64,000 nt of DNA, from assembly GCF_009914755.1 (NCBI RefSeq), contig NC_060935.1. The stretch is one strand, 5' to 3'. This document shows, piece by piece, positions 1 to 12,469 of the stretch. The notes under the pieces are model-generated. The model was not told the origin of the DNA, did not search any database, and worked only from the letters and a program-made list of their open reading frames with translations. The position numbers and the translations under genes were made by a program. Numbering within the stretch: the first letter of the stretch is position 1; every line of letters starts with the position of its first letter. This DNA comes from the human T2T-CHM13v2.0 reference genome, Homo sapiens.

Positions 1-267
1 ATGGCTGGGGAGGCCTCAGGAAACTGCAGAGGGTGAGAGGGAAGCAAGCAGTTTCTTCACAATGCAGCAGGAGAGAGAGAGAGAGTGAGGTAGGAAGTGC
101 CACACTTTTAAGCCGTCAGATCTCGTGAGAACTCACTCATCATCACGAGAACAGCATGGGGCAAACCGCACCACGATTGAGTCACCTCCCACCAGGTCCC
201 TCCCTAACATGTGGGGATTATAATTCAAGATAACATTTGGGTAGGGACGCAGAGCCAAACCATATCA
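1..267 (-). mobile_element. THE1D-like MaLR LTR (truncated by window start)
   Basis: Reverse complement reads tgatatggtttggctctgcgtccctacccaaat...ctcacgagatctgacggctttaaaagtgtggcacttcc...gtttcctgaggcctccccagccat, matching the THE1D LTR consensus as remembered. Confidence 0.85.
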
Positions 268-1328
268 GAGACAATCCACGAGGGCCATGAGGTCGGCTCA
301 GCCCTGATGTACTCTGGAAATCCTGGAATCAATGTGCCCATAGAGGGATGTGTGACAGGGAGGAGGGATCCTAGAGGGTCATGATATGACCTGGAGGCAA
401 TGAGATCAAATTCCTGGTCCTGCTAAGCCCCCAAATCGTAAGAGTTTACATGCTTTCAGGTATTTCTGGACTGTGCTTTTTAACGTCTCAAAACCTTTTT
501 ACATACATCACCTCATTTGAGCCTGATACAGACTAGTGAGCTAGGTGAGGGCTGGTTCTTCTCTATCTAGGTGAGGAAAGTGACAATCGGGAAGAGAAAG
601 GACAAAAACCACTGCATGTTAATGGAAATAAATGACAAGGAGAAACAAAACAAAGGCAAGGACTCCATGGTGATGAAAGAAAGGCACATTGCCCAGGAAG
701 GGAAGTGGAGGCCATGGCCCCACTTCTGCTCCTGACCCCAACCAGGAGACCACCAAGTTGAACCCAAGGGTGTGGCTGAAGATGTGCCTGGTCTTCTAAG
801 ATGTTTGCTGTCCAACTGCTGGTGTTGAACCTCCACCCCTCCTAGTTCCTTAATCATGTAGATAAGTCTATTTACATCCTCCACTAATACCAACTTTTAC
901 AGTGGCACGGGGTAAAGCCCTAAAAAGTATTTGTTACTGTAATGTACCATATAGTGGTAATTATTATTATAAGAAAGTAACTTGTAAACTGCCAAGTGCT
1001 ATACAAATGTCCATTATCATTATTATGATGATTATATAATGATCATGTTGGTTTTTCTCCAACCCAAGGAGTGCTCATTCAGTCCCATCTTTTCTTCTTC
1101 AATTTCAGTAGCTTCCCTATCCAAAGCCAAACAAATTTTAGTGTTCTTAATACCCTCAGTATGGTAGCTTGTTAATGTCTCTTAAAAGCTCAAATAATTT
1201 ATGCTTACTTTTTTAACTTTCTTCTTATAACACAGCTTCCCCTCCCTTCCCTCCCTGTCCCCCAAAGCCAGAAACTCTAGTGGGCTAGAGAAATCTCCAA
1301 CTGTCAGAGCTTTTAGAAATAGAGTTAG

Positions 1329-1636
<308 letters not shown>

Positions 1637-1904
1637 TTAGCCTCACAGAGTCACAGAAGTGGAAGGACATGGAAGTGAACAGATGACAGTACTCAGACCC
1701 ACAGTGATCACAGTGGTCACTTCCCCAGGATCACAGTGGGGCAGCTGCAGTCATGAGTGAAAGTCAGCACTTCCAGCACCCGGCCTAGTGCTCTTTGCAC
1801 TGAGCAGGGCCCTCTGATGTGATTTTCCTTTGCCTCCAATGTCAAAATCCCAGGCTTCTGAGATTTTATTCTTGTTCATAGTTTCCCCAGTATGGTTCCA
1901 CATA

Positions 1905-3054
1905 GGGGGTTGATCATAATCCTGAAAGACCCATCCGAAATATTGAAATCCTGAAAGATCAAAATCCCAAAAATATAATTCTGGAAAAAATAAGAAGAAA
2001 TTATCTTTAAAACATTTATTTACATTTTTAAGGGAGATTTATTTGAGAACCATATAAAAACTGACAGAGCACTTCAGAGGCCAATTTACACAATAAAATT
2101 GGCAATAATAACATATATATCTTTGCAAACATAAGCACTCAGCTATTCTAACAACAGTCACATGATTACAACAATTACAAGCAGATGAACTGTATTCATA
2201 AGGCAATATGCCAAAAACAAAGTGTATAAACATGTATCATGATGGTTGGTAGTTGTGTGTACCTAGCTTTATAACTCCAGTCATCCGAAATACTGTGATG
2301 GACAACCTGTCTTTTGACAAGATCAATCAAAAACCTCTATAGGTCACCACTGCATATGCAGTGGCCCAAAAAGCCAAGATCTCAAGAAATTTTGTCTTTC
2401 ACAAATGCAGATACACAAAAAGGAAATCTGTTCATTTATTGAGGAAGTTTCAATGTTTTTATATTGAGAACCACAGCAGACAATGGTGTTACTCTCTGAG
2501 GCCAAAAGCCTCAGGACCCAGATGGCCGCTGCTGTTAAGTACTGGAGTGCAAAGGCTGGTGAGCCTGGAGTTCTGATGTCCAAGGCAGCAGAAGAAAAGT
2601 CTGTCCCAGCTCTCAGAGAGAGACCAGTTGGCCTTCTATATTTGTTATCTCCAGATTGTTGGCCAATTGAATGGTGTCCACCAATATCAAGGGCAGATCT
2701 TCCTCACCGAGTCTACTCAGTCCTCTGGAAACACCCTCACACACACCCAAAATAATGCTTTACCAGGGTTTCAGGCATTCCTTAATCAGTCAAGTTGACA
2801 TCTCAGATTAAGTCAATAAATCCATCCCTGTCAACTTGGCACTATATGCATCTCCTTAAACCATACTTAATTTCCAAATAAAGACCACAACAAGGTAACA
2901 GTTTCACCTAACATGATGCAACTATCCTATGATTGTGATTTTCAGGATTTTAGATATTAAGGATTTAGTCTTTAGAAATTTTGATCTTTCAGGATTTCAA
3001 CCTCGGGGATGATGGCATTCAGGAATGTGTCTTTTGGGATCATAATCCAAACTC
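1905..3054. mobile_element. Ricksha-type non-autonomous MULE/MuDR DNA transposon carrying an MLT2B LTR/ERVL fragment
   Basis: Inverted termini gggggttgatcataatcctgaaagac...ttgaaatcctgaaagatcaaaat and ttttgatctttcaggatttcaa...gtcttttgggatcataatccaaactc. Internal MLT2-like sequence at about 2490-2930. Confidence 0.8.
2490..2930 (-). mobile_element. MLT2B-like ERVL LTR fragment plus adjacent ERVL internal 3' end/polypurine tract (Ricksha cargo)
   Basis: ctctggaaacaccctcacacacacccaaaataatgctttaccag...ccttaatcagtcaagttgaca is the reverse complement of the MLT2B LTR 5' part. It is followed by tccatccctgtcaacttgg, the reverse complement of an ERVL PPT-like ccaagttgacagggatgga. Confidence 0.72.
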
Positions 3055-3269
3055 TCTATAAGTGTGTTTCCCAGTGGCCCTTCTTGGGACACTCTCATGG
3101 ATAGAAGTCACCTGGGAATCTGCCAGGCCTTAAGAACAGGGGCTAGTGAGAAACCAAGGATGCACACAGTATGAATGAATAATCCTAAAATGTCTCTCTT
3201 GAGGTTGTTGGAAATGTCATAGTCTAGCCATGGAATCCTGAAAATTTGCCTGCTTTGAGTTATGTCTAG

Positions 3270-3450
3270 AGTGGACAGTCTCAACTGCAGTGATATTCTC
3301 AGAGCCACTTGGAGGTCTTTTTGAAAATACTGATTCCAGGGCCTCACTCTGAACTGCCTGAATCCAAAGCTCTGGGGGAGAAACCCTGGCAGTGGTAGGG
3401 TTGAAAAGCTCCCAGGTGATTCTAGGGTGCAGCCAGGGCTGAGAACTGGA
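3270..3450. mobile_element. MER5-family hAT-Charlie MITE
   Basis: aaaatactgattccagggcctcac...gaatccaaagctctgggg...aaagctcccaggtgattct...gcagccagggctgagaac. Confidence 0.65.
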
Positions 3451-4774
3451 GCTTCAGAATCTAGAGATCATATTAAGTTCTCTACAGAGATCTGGTGTCT
3501 TTGATTTGTTAATTTCAAAGTCTACAAATCCACTGCTATTCATTCTTGGGAATGACCTCCTTTTCTTAAGCTCAAATAAACCCACAGTCTGCTCCAATGG
3601 AAGAGTTTCACCTGCTCAGCCTGCCAGGTCCACCCTCAGCATCCATCCCTTAGACAGATGCCCTTTGTCTCCTGGTGAAGCCCATCATTCATATGCTGGC
3701 TTCCCCCCAGCCCCAAATACCCCATCTCTAAATGAACCCCAAATGTGCCTCCTTGGTTTCTACACTAAAAGAGTCCTCACTAGACAACTGAATATGGTAG
3801 ATGTTCATCAGATGAGGACATGAGACAAATACACCTCACATCTACTGAATCCTTAATTTGCCCCAATCTCCATTGAACTGTTTATTCATTCATTCATTAC
3901 GTATTTAAGGAACACCTTTTGTAACCAGATTCAGCTTCTTCCCTTCTGAATATCTTGAATAATCCCACATGAGGACCAATATCTTTGCAACCATCAGACA
4001 AGTCACCATGCAACTTCTGGTACTGTCTAACATCCAGCTAAGGATTATGCCTGATGAACACATCTGCAAAGCAGCAGCTTTCCATGCCTGCTAACTTGCT
4101 ACCCTCTCTCCTTTCCTGGTGTCTCTCTCTTCAGAGAGAGAACACTGATGATTTCTCACTGCTTGTTTATGCTTTGACAGAAAGCCCTCGTGATACCTAG
4201 AAAGCCTAGATACTAGCAAGTGAACTGGTTCTTCCTAAACAAGATATCCTGGAAGGCCTTATTCACAAATTTAAGTGTGTCAACATTGATCTGAGAAAGA
4301 AGGCAGGTATGCTGCCCCAGTACATTCCATACAGAAGTGTGCTGGTCATTTCAGAGCCTGACATTCTCACCTGTTCTGATTCATGAGTCACTTCCCAATA
4401 GACAGTGGTTAACTCCCTAACTTCCCATTTCTTCAGATATAAAGTATGAATGCAAACTCAACTTTAAGCAACAGAATCTGCCAACAGATTCTAGTGTACA
4501 AACTTTATAGCCAGACTCCCTGGTGCACCTGTCCTTCTCCTGGGAAACCTCTAGAACTGCCCCAGGCACAGGCCTGAAGAAATGTGAAATAAGTGGTGTG
4601 TGGATTGCCACTTTCCCCCTTGGCAAGCTTTGGCAAGACATCCTTTTGTCTTTCCCTGTCAACCTGGATGAGGCTTCAGTCTTCTCAACACGAGATCCAG
4701 GTGGTCACTATCCTTTGGAGCTGGTACAAAAGGGGCAAAATCTATTGTCCAACAGAAGCAGTGGAAGAAAGTAT

Positions 4775-4945
4775 CTTTAGAACTGCACACACCTAGGTTT
4801 GGAATTCAACCCTATGACTCACCCAACCTCAGTTTCCTTATTTTTAGACTGAGATACTACTACCTACTTACCATGGTGTGGTCATGAAAATTAAATGAGT
4901 TAATGTCTGTAAAGTATCTAGTATCTTCCTAGCACAATAAACACA
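4775..4945 (+). mobile_element. MIR SINE fragment
   Basis: MIR core cctcagtttccttattttta...aaaattaaatgagttaatgtctgtaaagt. Confidence 0.7.
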
Positions 4946-5664
4946 GGTTCCTTTCTCTTTTCTCTCACTGTGGGACATTTCCTTGAAGATGTGATGAGCA
5001 TTTTGTTAGGTAATTTTAGGGTTGGTGATAGGTAAGATCTGTTAGAGTGGGGGAAATAGTATGTATAGATAAAAATGGAAGGATTTTTAGAGTTTACAGA
5101 GGAAGAGCCCACAGAATCTGGAAATTCTAGCTGTAGAGGGAGGCACCAAAGGTAAGAATACAGTGTGGTGAGGCTGTGTTTTTGAAAGATAAGAAATGGT
5201 AATGAGGGATGATTACCAAGAAATGAAAGTGCATGACAAGTTTTGAAGAAACTAGCAAAGCAGCATACGTGGTTGAGCCTAAGTTGCTGGTAAATTAGCT
5301 GCAAATTAAATAAAATTTTAAACAAGGTCCTTATACCTTCTCTAACTATTTGATCCTTTGTTTTTTCTAATGAATCACAAGGGCCCGTAGTACAGAGTGG
5401 CTATAAAGCAATGACATTAATTGCCAGAAGATACACTTGAGGAAAATCAGTTTTAATATTTCTGAACATATCCAATCCGTGGTTAGAAATAAGGAGAATG
5501 CACATTTTACTCATTGTTACCAAACCCATCACAAGTGGCTAGAGTAGTAAAAGGAGAAAGGCCTGGAACTGGGAAGGCAATTCCTCCTAACTAGCCACGT
5601 AGCATCCATGAGATTTAGTCTTTTCTTCTGTAAAAGGAAGGGGGTGTTTGACGTGTATCAATGA

Positions 5665-6190
5665 TGTAGCAGAATGTTTTTGGTTCTAAGTAACAGAAAA
5701 GCTGGTTCACATTGGCTTAAGTAATAAAGGGAAATTACTAGCTCATGCAATTGAAAAGCCCACAGAGATTTGAAAAACTTCAGGGCTAGCTCAAACAACT
5801 TGACCAGGGACCAACATTCCCTTCACCATTTCCTGGCTCTGCTATCTCAGTGTTTCTTCATCTTAGGGAGACTTTGGCAGATCTCTGTGGTTGCAAAATG
5901 GCTTCCAGCTGTTCTGTGAGGCTACATGCCCTCATTCATTTAAAAAAAAAATCTTTTTGCCAATGTTATCAGCAGAAGTCCTGAGGTTTACTCTAACCAC
6001 ACTCTCTTAGGTCACATGTCCATCCCTGAACCAATCACTGGGTCAGGGGATAGTATGTGATGATTGATCCAGCCCAGGTCATGTGGTGCTAGGTTCATTC
6101 CCATTGCTGAAGGTGGATTCTCCATAACTGCATGGATTCCCATATGAAATTAGAACAGTTGGGAAGTGAGAAGCAGAGAAGGAAAGGTGC
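5665..6190 (-). mobile_element. Old MaLR LTR (MLT1J/K-like)
   Basis: aagtaacagaaaa...ggcttaagtaataaagggaaatt...ggtcacatgtccatccctgaaccaatcactg motifs. Confidence 0.65.
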
Positions 6191-6211
6191 AGAGTCAAGC
6201 AACCTATTTTC

Positions 6212-7625
6212 TTTTTTTAAATTTTTATTTTAAGTTCAAGGGTACATGTGCAGGTTTGTTACATAGGTAAACTCGTGTCATGGGGGTTTGTTGTACAGAT
6301 TATTTCATCACCCAGGTATTTAAGCCCAGTACCCATTAGTTATTTTTCCTGATCCTCTCCCTCCTTCCACCCTCTACCCTCAAATAGGCCTCAGTGTGTG
6401 TTGTTTCCCTATATGTGTTCTCATCATTTGACTCTCACTTATAAGTGAGAACATGCAATATTTGGTTTTCTGTTGCTGCATTAGCTGCTAAGGATATGGC
6501 CTCCAGCTCCATTGAAGCCCCTGCAAAGTAAATGATCTTGTTCTTTTTTATGGCTGCATAGTACTCCACAATGTATATGTACCACATTTTCTTCATCCAG
6601 TCTACCACTGATGTTAGGTTAATTCCATGTCTTTGCTATTGTGAATAGTGCTGCAGTAAACATACACACATGCGTCTTTATGACAGAATGATTTATATTC
6701 CTTTGGGTATATTACCCAGTAATGGGATTGCTGAATGGAATGGTATTTCTGTCTTTAGGTCTTTGAAGAATCACCACACTGTCTTCCACAATGGCTGAAC
6801 TAATTTACACTCTCACCAACCGTGTAAAGTGTTCCCTTTCTCCACAACCTCACCAGCATCTGTCATTTTTGGATGTTTTCATATTAGCCATTCTGACTGG
6901 TATGAGACAGTATCTCATTGTGGTTTGATTTGAGTTTCTCTAATGATCAGTGACGTTGAGCTTTTTTCATATAATTGTTGGCCACATGTATGTCTTCTTT
7001 TGAAAAGTGTCTGTTCATGTCCTGTCCTTTGCCCAGTTTTTAATGGGGTGATTTTTTTTTCTTGCAACTTTGTTTAAGTTCTTTATAGATGCTAGATATT
7101 AGATCTTTGTCGATGCACTGTTTGCAAAAAATTTCTCCCATTCTGTAGGTTATCTGTTTACTCTGTTGATAATTTCTTTTGCTGTGCAGAAGCTCTGTAG
7201 TTTAATTAGTTTCCATTTGTCAATTTTTGCTTTTGTTGCAATTGCTTTTGGCATTTTTGTCACGAAATCTTTGTCTGTGTCTATGTCCTGAATGGTATTG
7301 CCTAGGTTGTCTTCCAGGCTTTTACAGTTTTGGGTTTTACATTTAAGTCCTTAATCCACTTTGAGTTAATTTTTGTATATGGTTAAGGAAAAAGTCCAGT
7401 TTCAGTCTTTTGTATATGAGTATCCAGTTATCCCAGCACCATTTGTTGAATAGGGAACCTTTTCCCATTGCTTGTTTTCATCAGGTTTGTCACAGATCAG
7501 ACAGTTGTAGGTGTGCAGTCTTATTTCTGGGTTCTCTATTCTGTTCCATTGGTCTGTGTGTCTGTTTATGTACCAGTACCATGCCATTTTGGTAACTGTA
7601 GCCCTGTAGTATAGTTTGAAGTCAT
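6212..7625 (-). mobile_element. 5'-truncated L1PA (L1PA13-16-like): 3' UTR and end of ORF2
   Basis: caggtttgttacataggtaaactcgtgtcatgggggtttg 3' UTR. Decayed ORF2 peptide [32 protein letters not shown] in ORF 7402-7635. TSD aagcaacc(t/a)attttc at 6197-6211 and 7626-7640. Confidence 0.93.
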
Positions 7626-8359
7626 AAGCAACCAATTTTCATGGTCAAAGGGATTTAAACCTTTTTTGGGGTGAACAGAGTTCCAATATATAAATATGTG
7701 CAAATGCTTTACTAGCTGTTATAGAAATAGGGGTTTACAGCCATGTTTTCTGTCACTTTTAAATGACCTGCTTAGAAACCTAGTGCTCTAGAGGACAGAG
7801 ATTAGGCTCTCTTTGGGTCCCTCCAGCTCTATTGTTTGCTGGTGCTTGATAAGCAAATATCTACTAGGACAACATGTGTTCACGTCTACTGTCTCCAGGC
7901 ACTTCGGCAGGCCTTGTGCTATTTATCCTGTGTACAGCTTTGTGAACTAAGTAGAACATTAATTTTATTAAGAATATCCTTCTTAATGTAAAGACTTATC
8001 AGTATCCAAGCATCATTTGTCAAGGTTGCAAATATTTACCTAAGTTTCTGATAAAGACCAGAGCAATAAAGCCACAGACCAGCACAAATAAATAGCTAAC
8101 AAAGCTGACCAACATACAGCACTAGGGAGAAATTATGCGAAAGGAGAGGGAAAAAGGAAGGCTTTCTTCAAATAAACAGTGCTCAGAAGTTTGGTTTCCT
8201 GAAAGTCCCAGGGAATTAATTAAATTCCCTGTATTTAATTTGAAAGTTGTATTTACTTTGAAAATTAGGTGGAAAGTATTTTAAACTTTTTTGAAAAAAT
8301 TGACAGTTCCCTTAATAAGAACTTTGGCATAAAATCTGAAATACTTTCAAAAATTATTA

Positions 8360-9233
8360 TTTTAAATTATGGTAAAATACACATAACATAAAACTTACCA
8401 TCTTAACTATTTTTAAGTGACACTTTCAATGGCATTAAGTATGTTTACATTGCTGTGCAACCAATACCACAGTCCATCTCTAGAACTCTTTTCACTTCAC
8501 AAAACTGAAACTTTATGCCATTAAACAGTAACATTCCTCCTTCCCTCCAGCCCCTGATTACCATCATCCTACTTTCTGTCTCTTGAATTTGATCTAGATA
8601 TCTTATATAAGTAGAGTCATACAGATTTTGTCTATTTTCTGAATGGGTTATTTCACTTACCATAATGTCCTCAAGGTTCATCCATGTTATAGCATGTGTC
8701 AGAATCTCCTTCTTTTTTGAGACAAAGTCTCACTCTGTCACCCAGGCTGAAGTGCAGTGGTGCAATCTCGGCTTGCTGCAACCTCCACCTTCCAGGTTCA
8801 AGCAATTCCCTGGCCTCAGCCACCTGAGTAGCTGAGATTACAGGTGCCTGCCACCACACCTGGCTATTTTTTTTTTTTTTTTTTTGGTATTTTTAGTAGA
8901 GACAGGGTTACACCATGTTGGTCAGACTGGTCTTGAACTCCTGACTTCAGGTGATCCACCTCTATCGGCCTCCCATAGTACTGAGATTACAGACTTGAGC
9001 CACCGCGCCCAGCCCAGAATATCCTTCCTTTTTAAGGCTGAATGACGATTCATTGTTTGTGTATACCACATTGTACTTATCCATTCATACATTGATGGAC
9101 GCTTGGCTTGCTTCCACGTTTAGCTATTGTGGATAATCTGCTACGAACACAGGTATACAAATATCTTTGAGATCTTGCTTTCAATTCTTTTGGGTATATG
9201 CATTCTTAGAAGCGGAACTGTAAGATCACATGG
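8360..9233 (-). mobile_element. L1MA/L1MB 3' end, interrupted by an Alu
   Basis: ggtaaaatacacataacataaaacttaccatcttaac... The ORF2 C-terminal remnant [11 protein letters not shown] continues on both sides of the Alu. Confidence 0.85.
8713..9014 (-). mobile_element. AluS
   Basis: Antisense Alu. TSD cagaat(c/a)tccttc at 8700-8712 and 9015-9027. Expanded middle T-run. Confidence 0.93.
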
Positions 9234-10377
9234 ATGAAATACTTTTTATGGCACAGTTTTGTTTTGTAAAATTCTTAAATATATATTGCGAAGTAGCAAA
9301 TACTCGCAGATTGATAATTTGGTGATTTCATTTTATAGCTTAACAATAGGTATAAAAGAGAAAGCAACCGGGCAAAACTTTTATAAGATCAAATGGCTTC
9401 TTTCCTGTTCATGGAGATGTAAGCAAATAAGAGTTCAATTGTGTTCTAGGCTTGCATTTGTGTAAGTTTTACAATCATAAAATCAAGTGCAAGGGATCCA
9501 TAGTCTAACTCAGGTTTAACTTGATGCACGGGTCCAAGAAAACAACACCGTGCTTCAGGAATGAAACAAAGAGGAGCTTCTTCAGCAGTCAGGGAGAGAC
9601 TGCTGGGCTACCCAGATGTAACCTATTTTTGCTTGTCTAGCCCACAGACTTCCTTTTCTGTCCAGATGGACATAACGACAATAGGAAACATGTCTCCATT
9701 TCTTCCTCAGTGGAGAAAATAAAAGCATCTCCTTGTGAATATGGTTTCATTGTTTGAAAGTTATTTGCATTAAAGCTTCCAAATTTAGTCAAATGTAATT
9801 TCTTAGAAACAATATTTCTTAAAGGGAGTTATGTGTTCCTTGAAATTTGCACCAGCTACTAAAACAATCATGCTTTCAAACCAATAAATGTCGTATTAAA
9901 ATGTCTTCCAACTCTATCAACTTCACTGAAAAAAGAAAGCTAGCATTTTTTTTGGCACATAAAACAGCAGTAATTCAAGCACAAGCCTCATATTGTGTTC
10001 TGGGTTGTGACACACAATAATTGGTGTTGGAGTACTTGGAGAGAAACAGTTTGTATCTCCCTACAATGAAGAAAGGACACACTTTGGGTCAGGGCTATTC
10101 GTCCCCGAAAAAGCTGGGAGTGTTTCAGAGGTGGTAACGAAGACACTGTCTCGTTCACACACTCATTAATAGTATCACCTTTCATTAGTTGGGTAACAAC
10201 AGATAATGAAAATTAATCAAACAAAACCCCTTTTGACAGAGTCTTCGATGGTGATGTCATAGACCATTGAATATGCAATGCTTTTTGCTCCAGAGACTTC
10301 TTTCTGGCTGTAAGTGCTGTACACTCCCAGGATGATTTGTGAATCAGGGACTAGGTTGGTTTTGCTGGAACAAAGAC

Positions 10378-10665
10378 GTGGCTCACGCCTGTAATCCCAG
10401 CACTTTAGGAGGCCAAGGTAGGCGGATCACTTGCGATCAGGAGTTTGAGACCAGGCTGGCCAACATGGTGAAACCCTGTCTCTACTAAAAAAAAAAAAAT
10501 ACAAAAATTAGCTAGGTGTGGTGGTGCGTGCCTGTAATCCCAGCTACTTGAGGGGCTGAGGCAGTGAGAATCACTTGAACCCAGGAAGCGGAGGTTGCAG
10601 TGAACCGAGATCGTGCCACTGCACTCCAGCCTGGGTGACAGAGTGAGACTCGGTCTCAAAAAAAA
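10378..10665 (+). mobile_element. AluS (slightly 5'-truncated)
   Basis: gtggctcacgcctgtaatcccagcac...gagactcggtctcaaaaaaaa. Confidence 0.93.
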
Positions 10666-11009
10666 GGCTAAGAATGCTAAATATCTTGCAGAATGTCTTT
10701 CAGGAGACTGAAGTCACTGCTACCTTAGACTCTCTTACCTAAACATTTCTATGTTATCATCTTTGTAACCTATGCTTCCACCAAAGATATGAGATTCTAA
10801 AGAGGATAATGAGTGAGTAGTTCCTTCTCTACTCTGCCCTGTCTTTCTTTCTCTTTCTTCCCAGGGGCAACTCTTTCTCGCCTGTCATATGTTACCATCA
10901 TCCTCTTGTGTATGCATGTGATATATGTATCACTGCCATCTATGGGGCCAAGACGGCTAAAGAACATTTGGGCTATGAGCATTCTTGTCTCTGGTTCTTT
11001 CCTCCTAGT

Positions 11010-11180
11010 ACAGTTAGGGCCAACCTTTAGTGTGCATAAGAATCCCTACTTTAAATGCAGATTCCTGGACCACCCCCAGGGATTCTGATTTACTAGTTCT
11101 AGGGTGAGACCCAGGAATCTGCATTTTAATAAGCACCACAGGCAATTCTGGATAGGTGGCCTCTTGACCTCACTTTGAGA
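11010..11180. mobile_element. MER5A/B hAT-Charlie MITE
   Basis: Internal inverted repeat aatgcagattcctgg / ccaggaatctgcatt, typical of MER5. Confidence 0.7.
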
Positions 11181-11942
11181 GGCCATGTCTCTGAGTATGA
11201 CAGCCTAGCATCTCTGCCCCAGCCTGGAGCTCAGTCTCATCAGGGATGGGTTAGTGCCCTTGGACAAGAGCAGCAGCTCCCAAATTTCCTCCAGTGTGTT
11301 TGAGAGCAGCTGCATGTTTCTGTAAACGCATTTTGCAGATCATTTTCTGGGGTTAATCATTGCAAGGATCTGATTCAGACAGTAGGTTTCAATCACACTT
11401 TTGCATGGCTCATTATAATTAAGGGCGGAAGTTCCTGTGTTGGGTGTTCCACGGTGGCCATGAACCGTGACTGACAGATTGGACAAGCAGAAGTTCCAAA
11501 CAAAACACCAGCTCCCACAGAGCTTTGTGAGCTGGGAAACTGGCCAATTCCTTTTCCTTGGCCTCAGTTTGCTCATGGGTAAGGGAGCTATGTCTTACCT
11601 CTCATAGGTGTTAGGAAGATAAATGACTAAAAAAGCCATTGGGTCAAATGACATGCCACCTTTGACATCTAATATGAGGATTTAGCAGAGGGCTCTGCCG
11701 CCACTGTGAAAACTCCTATCTTCTAAAAATCTTATCTGGAAGAGAAAGAAAGAATCCAGTGTAAAGCACATACTTTGAACCAGATGTCCCACTAGACTCC
11801 TCCTTAATCTTCACAACCCCTTGAGATACAGTAGTGGGTTACTTAAGTTCCACTAGAGTACAGGAAACAGAGATTTGCAAAGTTTACCCTAGGGCTTGGT
11901 CCACAGAAAAGAAACACAGGCAGGTAAATGAAAGGTCTAGAG

Positions 11943-12421
11943 CAGGGGTCTCCAATCCCCGGGCTGCGGACTGATATGGGTCCATGGCCTGTTAGGAACT
12001 GGGCCACATGGCAGGAGTTGAGCAGCAGGTGAGTGACTGAAGCTGAGCTCCACCTCCCGCCAGATCAGTGATGGCATTAGATTATCATGGGAGTGTGAAC
12101 CCTATCATGAACTGCGTATGTGAGGGACCTAGGCTGCATGCTCCTTATGAGAATCTAATGCCAGATGATCTGTCACTGCCTCCCATCACCCCCAGATGGA
12201 ACCGTCTAGTTGCAGGAAAACAAGCTCAGGGCTCCCACTGATTCTACATCATGGTGAGTTGTATAATTATTTTATTATATGTTACAATGAAATAGAAATA
12301 AAGTGCACAATAAATGTAACATGCTTGAAGCATCTGGAACCACCCCCCGCACCACCCAGTTCACTGAAAAATTGTCTTCCATGAAACCAGTCCCTGATGT
12401 CAAAAATGTTGGGGGCCACTG
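11943..12421 (+). mobile_element. MER1A hAT-Charlie DNA transposon
   Basis: caggggtctccaatcccc...ggcctgttaggaactgggcc...catgaaaccagtccctgatgtcaaaaatgttgggggccactg. 8-bp TSD gtctagag/gtctaagg (NTCTAGAN-type target). Confidence 0.9.
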
Positions 12422-12469
12422 GTCTAAGGGAGAACCAAGATTTAGGGATCCCAACCCAAGCCCTTTCAC

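Noticed and set aside
4380-4825. Scattered AP-1 heptamers (about 4384 and 4816; also about 49346)
   Set aside because: 7-mers are expected several times per window by chance, and there is no supporting context.
7402-7635. ORF resembling L1 ORF2 (also 8445-8681, 31646-31873, 32463-32681)
   Set aside because: Decayed, frameshifted L1 fragments, not genes. No intact L1 is present in the window.
8209-8231. 9-bp inverted repeat cagggaatt-N5-aattccctg (similar 8-bp one at 57311-57329)
   Set aside because: Short enough to occur by chance in 64 kb.
10405-10659. Alu-derived ORFs (also 8671, 28410, 28568, 29604, 44165, 44337, 48145, 51415, 51440, 55920)
   Set aside because: Typical Alu translations ([16 protein letters not shown]).
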